DNA of 19,564 nt. Source: a virus (taxonomy: Duplodnaviria; Heunggongvirae; Uroviricota; Caudoviricetes). A model generated the notes under the pieces. That model saw only the letters and a program-made list of their open reading frames with translations. It was not told the origin of the DNA and did not search any database. Below, in pieces: positions 17,398 to 19,564 of the stretch (positions are counted from its first letter, which is position 1; each line of letters opens with the position of its first letter). A program made the position numbers and the translations under genes. Location: the IMG/VR virus record IMGVR_UViG_2874920711_000010; one strand, 5' to 3'.

Positions 17398-17595
17398 ATG
17401 TCTAGCGGTAACACAAACAACAAATCAGCAAAGAAAAATATTCGATTCCCACATGAGCTTATAGATGGGGTTGATGCCAGCGTTGAACAAGAAAAATTAA
17501 CTAATCCTAGTGCTAATTTTTCCGCATGGGTCTTAGATGCCTGTGGACGCAAATTAAAATATGAACAGCGCCGGAAGGCCAAAGAATCAGAATAA
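17398..17595 (+). CDS. Small putative DNA-binding protein, 65 aa (ribbon-helix-helix-like)
   Basis: ORF downstream of the palindromic operator; basic N-terminus followed by IRFPHELIDGVDASVEQEKL. Confidence 0.45.
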   Translation: MSSGNTNNKSAKKNIRFPHELIDGVDASVEQEKLTNPSANFSAWVLDACGRKLKYEQRRKAKESE

Positions 17596-17652
17596 TCACT
17601 ATCAGCGCCGTGGCGTGAGGTGCTACGGCGCATTGCTTTACAGGTACACACA

Positions 17653-17832
17653 ATGACCAACAAAGAATCAACCAATACACCATCGCAAAAAACGAACAGA
17701 GAGCACGAAAATATGGCGCTCGAGCATGAATCAGAAAGATTCGCACCATGTGCTTTTGCCCTTGAGCAATTCCTTAAAGAGTACAGGGAAACGCGCTCAT
17801 TGCAGGTATGGCAACGAACTGAACCAGACTGA
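17653..17832 (+). CDS. Small hypothetical protein, 59 aa
   Basis: ORF 17620-17832 trimmed to the ATG at 17653; followed by the bidirectional terminator. Confidence 0.3.
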   Translation: MTNKESTNTPSQKTNREHENMALEHESERFAPCAFALEQFLKEYRETRSLQVWQRTEPD

Positions 17833-17924
17833 TTGCATTGCCCACCAGCCTGATAGCGTCTATCATCCCCGTGCTTATGTTTGGGATCACATACACATAA
17901 GGCGCAGCGGGTTAATTGTTCAGA

Positions 17925-17954
17925 AAGGCGGCTCCATATCGGGGCCGCTTTTTT
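17925..17954. terminator. Bidirectional intrinsic terminator between the convergent small genes and alpA
   Basis: GGCGGCTCC-ATATC-GGGGCCGC followed by TTTTTT on the plus strand, A/T-rich on the other side. Confidence 0.55.
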
Positions 17955-17980
17955 CGTGTTTGTCATATCTGTGATACCCG

Positions 17981-18187
17981 TTAAGCAGCCGTTCCGCGTG
18001 CTTCCTGTTCGCGTTCTTTCTGCCAGGCCAACACATCATCCTCATACCATCCGCGACGGCGTAAACCAACGCGAAAACCCTGCGGAAATTCTCCGGCGTT
18101 GATCATGCTTTGCAGCGTGCTGTCTGCCTTGATGTGGATAATTTTTTTTACTTCCTGGCGAAAGATAATTTTTCTGATTGCTTCCAT
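17981..18187 (-). CDS. alpA: AlpA-family phage transcriptional regulator, 68 aa
   Basis: Size and motif pattern (RQEVxK...STLxxMIxAGEFPxGxxxGxRxxGWxExDVxAW) typical of AlpA in P4-like/PICI islands; position next to the integrase. Confidence 0.75.
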   Translation of the reverse strand: MEAIRKIIFRQEVKKIIHIKADSTLQSMINAGEFPQGFRVGLRRRGWYEDDVLAWQKEREQEARGTAA

Positions 18188-18297
18188 CGTGATTTACCTT
18201 GTGAATCCGGTGTATTCCGGTGACAAATACGGTAAATCATCGGATATGGGTAAAAACAGTTCCCACCGTTTTTATATTGATGATTTGAAATGGAATT

Positions 18298-18322
18298 ATA
18301 AAAAAAGCGGCATTTCTGCCGC
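18298..18322 (-). terminator. Intrinsic terminator-like hairpin (minus strand) in the int-alpA intergenic region
   Basis: ATAAAAAAA then GCGGCATTTCTGCCGC; on the minus strand a hairpin plus U-run. It lies inside the only candidate ORF (18237-18584), casting doubt on that ORF. Confidence 0.45.
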
Positions 18323-18661
18323 TTCCAGGATTGTTACCGCCATTTTTGGGCCTGCCTCCGATCTTCATAGATGCCGGGCGTACGACCTTATCAATACTTA
18401 CCGCCAGATTTCTGGAAGCGCCACGGGATACCAGAAAATCTACTACCTGTTTTTTTGATGGGGCCGTCGTTCTGTCCTCCGGATCGTAGGTTGACCAAAA
18501 TTCATGCTGAACCATCAGGGCCAGTTGCAGCCCGTCGCAATTGCATCTGATATTTTTTTGCATCTTAACGGTTTCATGTTTCACGGCCTTGTCGTTAAAT
18601 TTGATGCAATTATACGATGGTTTTACATGGTTTTCGTAGTTTTTACTGGTTTTCTGTACAG

Positions 18662-19564
18662 CTACACGGCTCGGATACCCCTTTTACCACTGGCGAGGGT
18701 TACGCCCGTCGCCGCAGCCTCGACAAATTCGCCCCACCAGCGCATCAGCACGATGCGTTTTTCTATGTAGTTGCTCCGGTTGTATGCCCGTCTAACTTCG
18801 TTGGTGTCGACGTGGGCAAGTGCCGCCTCTATTACGTCCGGCTCGAATCCTTCCTCGTTCGCTGCTGTGCTGAATATGGCGCGTAATCCATGAGACACCA
18901 GCACGCCAGCGAATCCCATACGCCGCAATGCTGCGTTAGCGGTCTGGCTGTTCATCGGCTGCTGTGGGTCTTTCAGACTTGGGAAAACGTAATTGCGGTG
19001 GTGGCTGATTGGTTTCATGGCCTCCAGCATCGCCATAGCCTGACCGGAAAGCGGGATAACGTGATCCCTGCGCATCTTCATGCGTCCGGCAGGTATCGTC
19101 CATTGCTTCGCGTCCAGGTTGATTTCATCCCACCGCGTTGATGACGCTTCGGCGGGACGGGTTACGGTCAGTAACTGCCATTCAATCAGTAATCTGGTCT
19201 GCCGTTCTGTTGCCGATACTGATAAAGCCTGCATAAGCTCCGGCAGCTGTTCGGGGCGGATTGTTGGCATATGTTTTTTTACAGGTGAGGGAAACGCCTT
19301 ACGCACATTCATAGCCGGATTGGCATCAATCAGCCCACTGTTGGCGGCGTAATCCATTACCTCATTAACGCGCTGTAAAACCCGCTTGAGTGTTTCCAGG
19401 TTGCCGCGCTCCTTGATGGGTGTAAGCACCTCAACGAACCTTCGGGCGGTGAGGGTATCTATTGGCGTGTTGCCGATGAACGGGAATACATATTTATCCA
19501 GCGAACGCCAGATATCTTTAATCGTGTTGGGGCCAGATTCTGGCTGATTTTCACCTGGTACCAT
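18662..19564 (-). CDS. int: P4-type tyrosine integrase, C-terminal 300 aa; the gene probably continues beyond the window edge
   Basis: Catalytic-domain motifs HGLRA and RAYNRSNY near the C-terminus; similar to P4/CP4-57-type integrases but lacking the N-terminal arm-binding domain. Confidence 0.85.
   Translation of the reverse strand: MVPGENQPESGPNTIKDIWRSLDKYVFPFIGNTPIDTLTARRFVEVLTPIKERGNLETLKRVLQRVNEVMDYAANSGLIDANPAMNVRKAFPSPVKKHMPTIRPEQLPELMQALSVSATERQTRLLIEWQLLTVTRPAEASSTRWDEINLDAKQWTIPAGRMKMRRDHVIPLSGQAMAMLEAMKPISHHRNYVFPSLKDPQQPMNSQTANAALRRMGFAGVLVSHGLRAIFSTAANEEGFEPDVIEAALAHVDTNEVRRAYNRSNYIEKRIVLMRWWGEFVEAAATGVTLASGKRGIRAV

Noticed and set aside
16584-17966. 460-aa minus-strand ORF
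   Set aside because: Only the last 85 codons (from 16841, with an AAGGAGG RBS) look like a gene; the upstream 375 codons are low-complexity and contain a terminator hairpin and palindromic operator sequences.

Overview
This window reads as an Enterobacteriaceae (E. coli-like) P4-like/PICI-type satellite island, almost entirely encoded on the minus strand and heavily colonised by insertion sequences. Read right to left: a P4-type tyrosine integrase that runs off the right edge (18662-19564), an AlpA-family regulator (17981-18187), two tandem Ash-like paralogs (16584-16841 and 15950-16366), a primase/replicase pair with a P4 alpha-like D5_N/P-loop helicase (9767-11520), and an iteron-type origin built from the octamer GGTAGACA/TGTCTACC. 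Left of the IS66 block lie an ssb remnant (3553-3896) and a compact, promoter-to-terminator bounded four-gene operon (1283-3315) encoding a lambda gpE-like major capsid protein and a gpD-like decoration protein, with a perfect 24-bp palindrome over its promoter. Mobile elements: two inverted IS66-family copies (3920-6627 and 6995-9700) that split the iteron region, an IS3-family element (approx 11763-14233) carrying a nested IS30 (12080-13299), and an IS110-family element (approx 14550-16010). Several transposase genes carry homopolymer frameshifts that may be real decay or sequencing error. The most interesting candidate is the capsid-only module without portal, protease or terminase, which could be a satellite capsid-forming or capsid-remodelling system, though the IS66 junction leaves its linkage to the satellite unproven. 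All calls are from reading the sequence and the ORF track; no database search was run.
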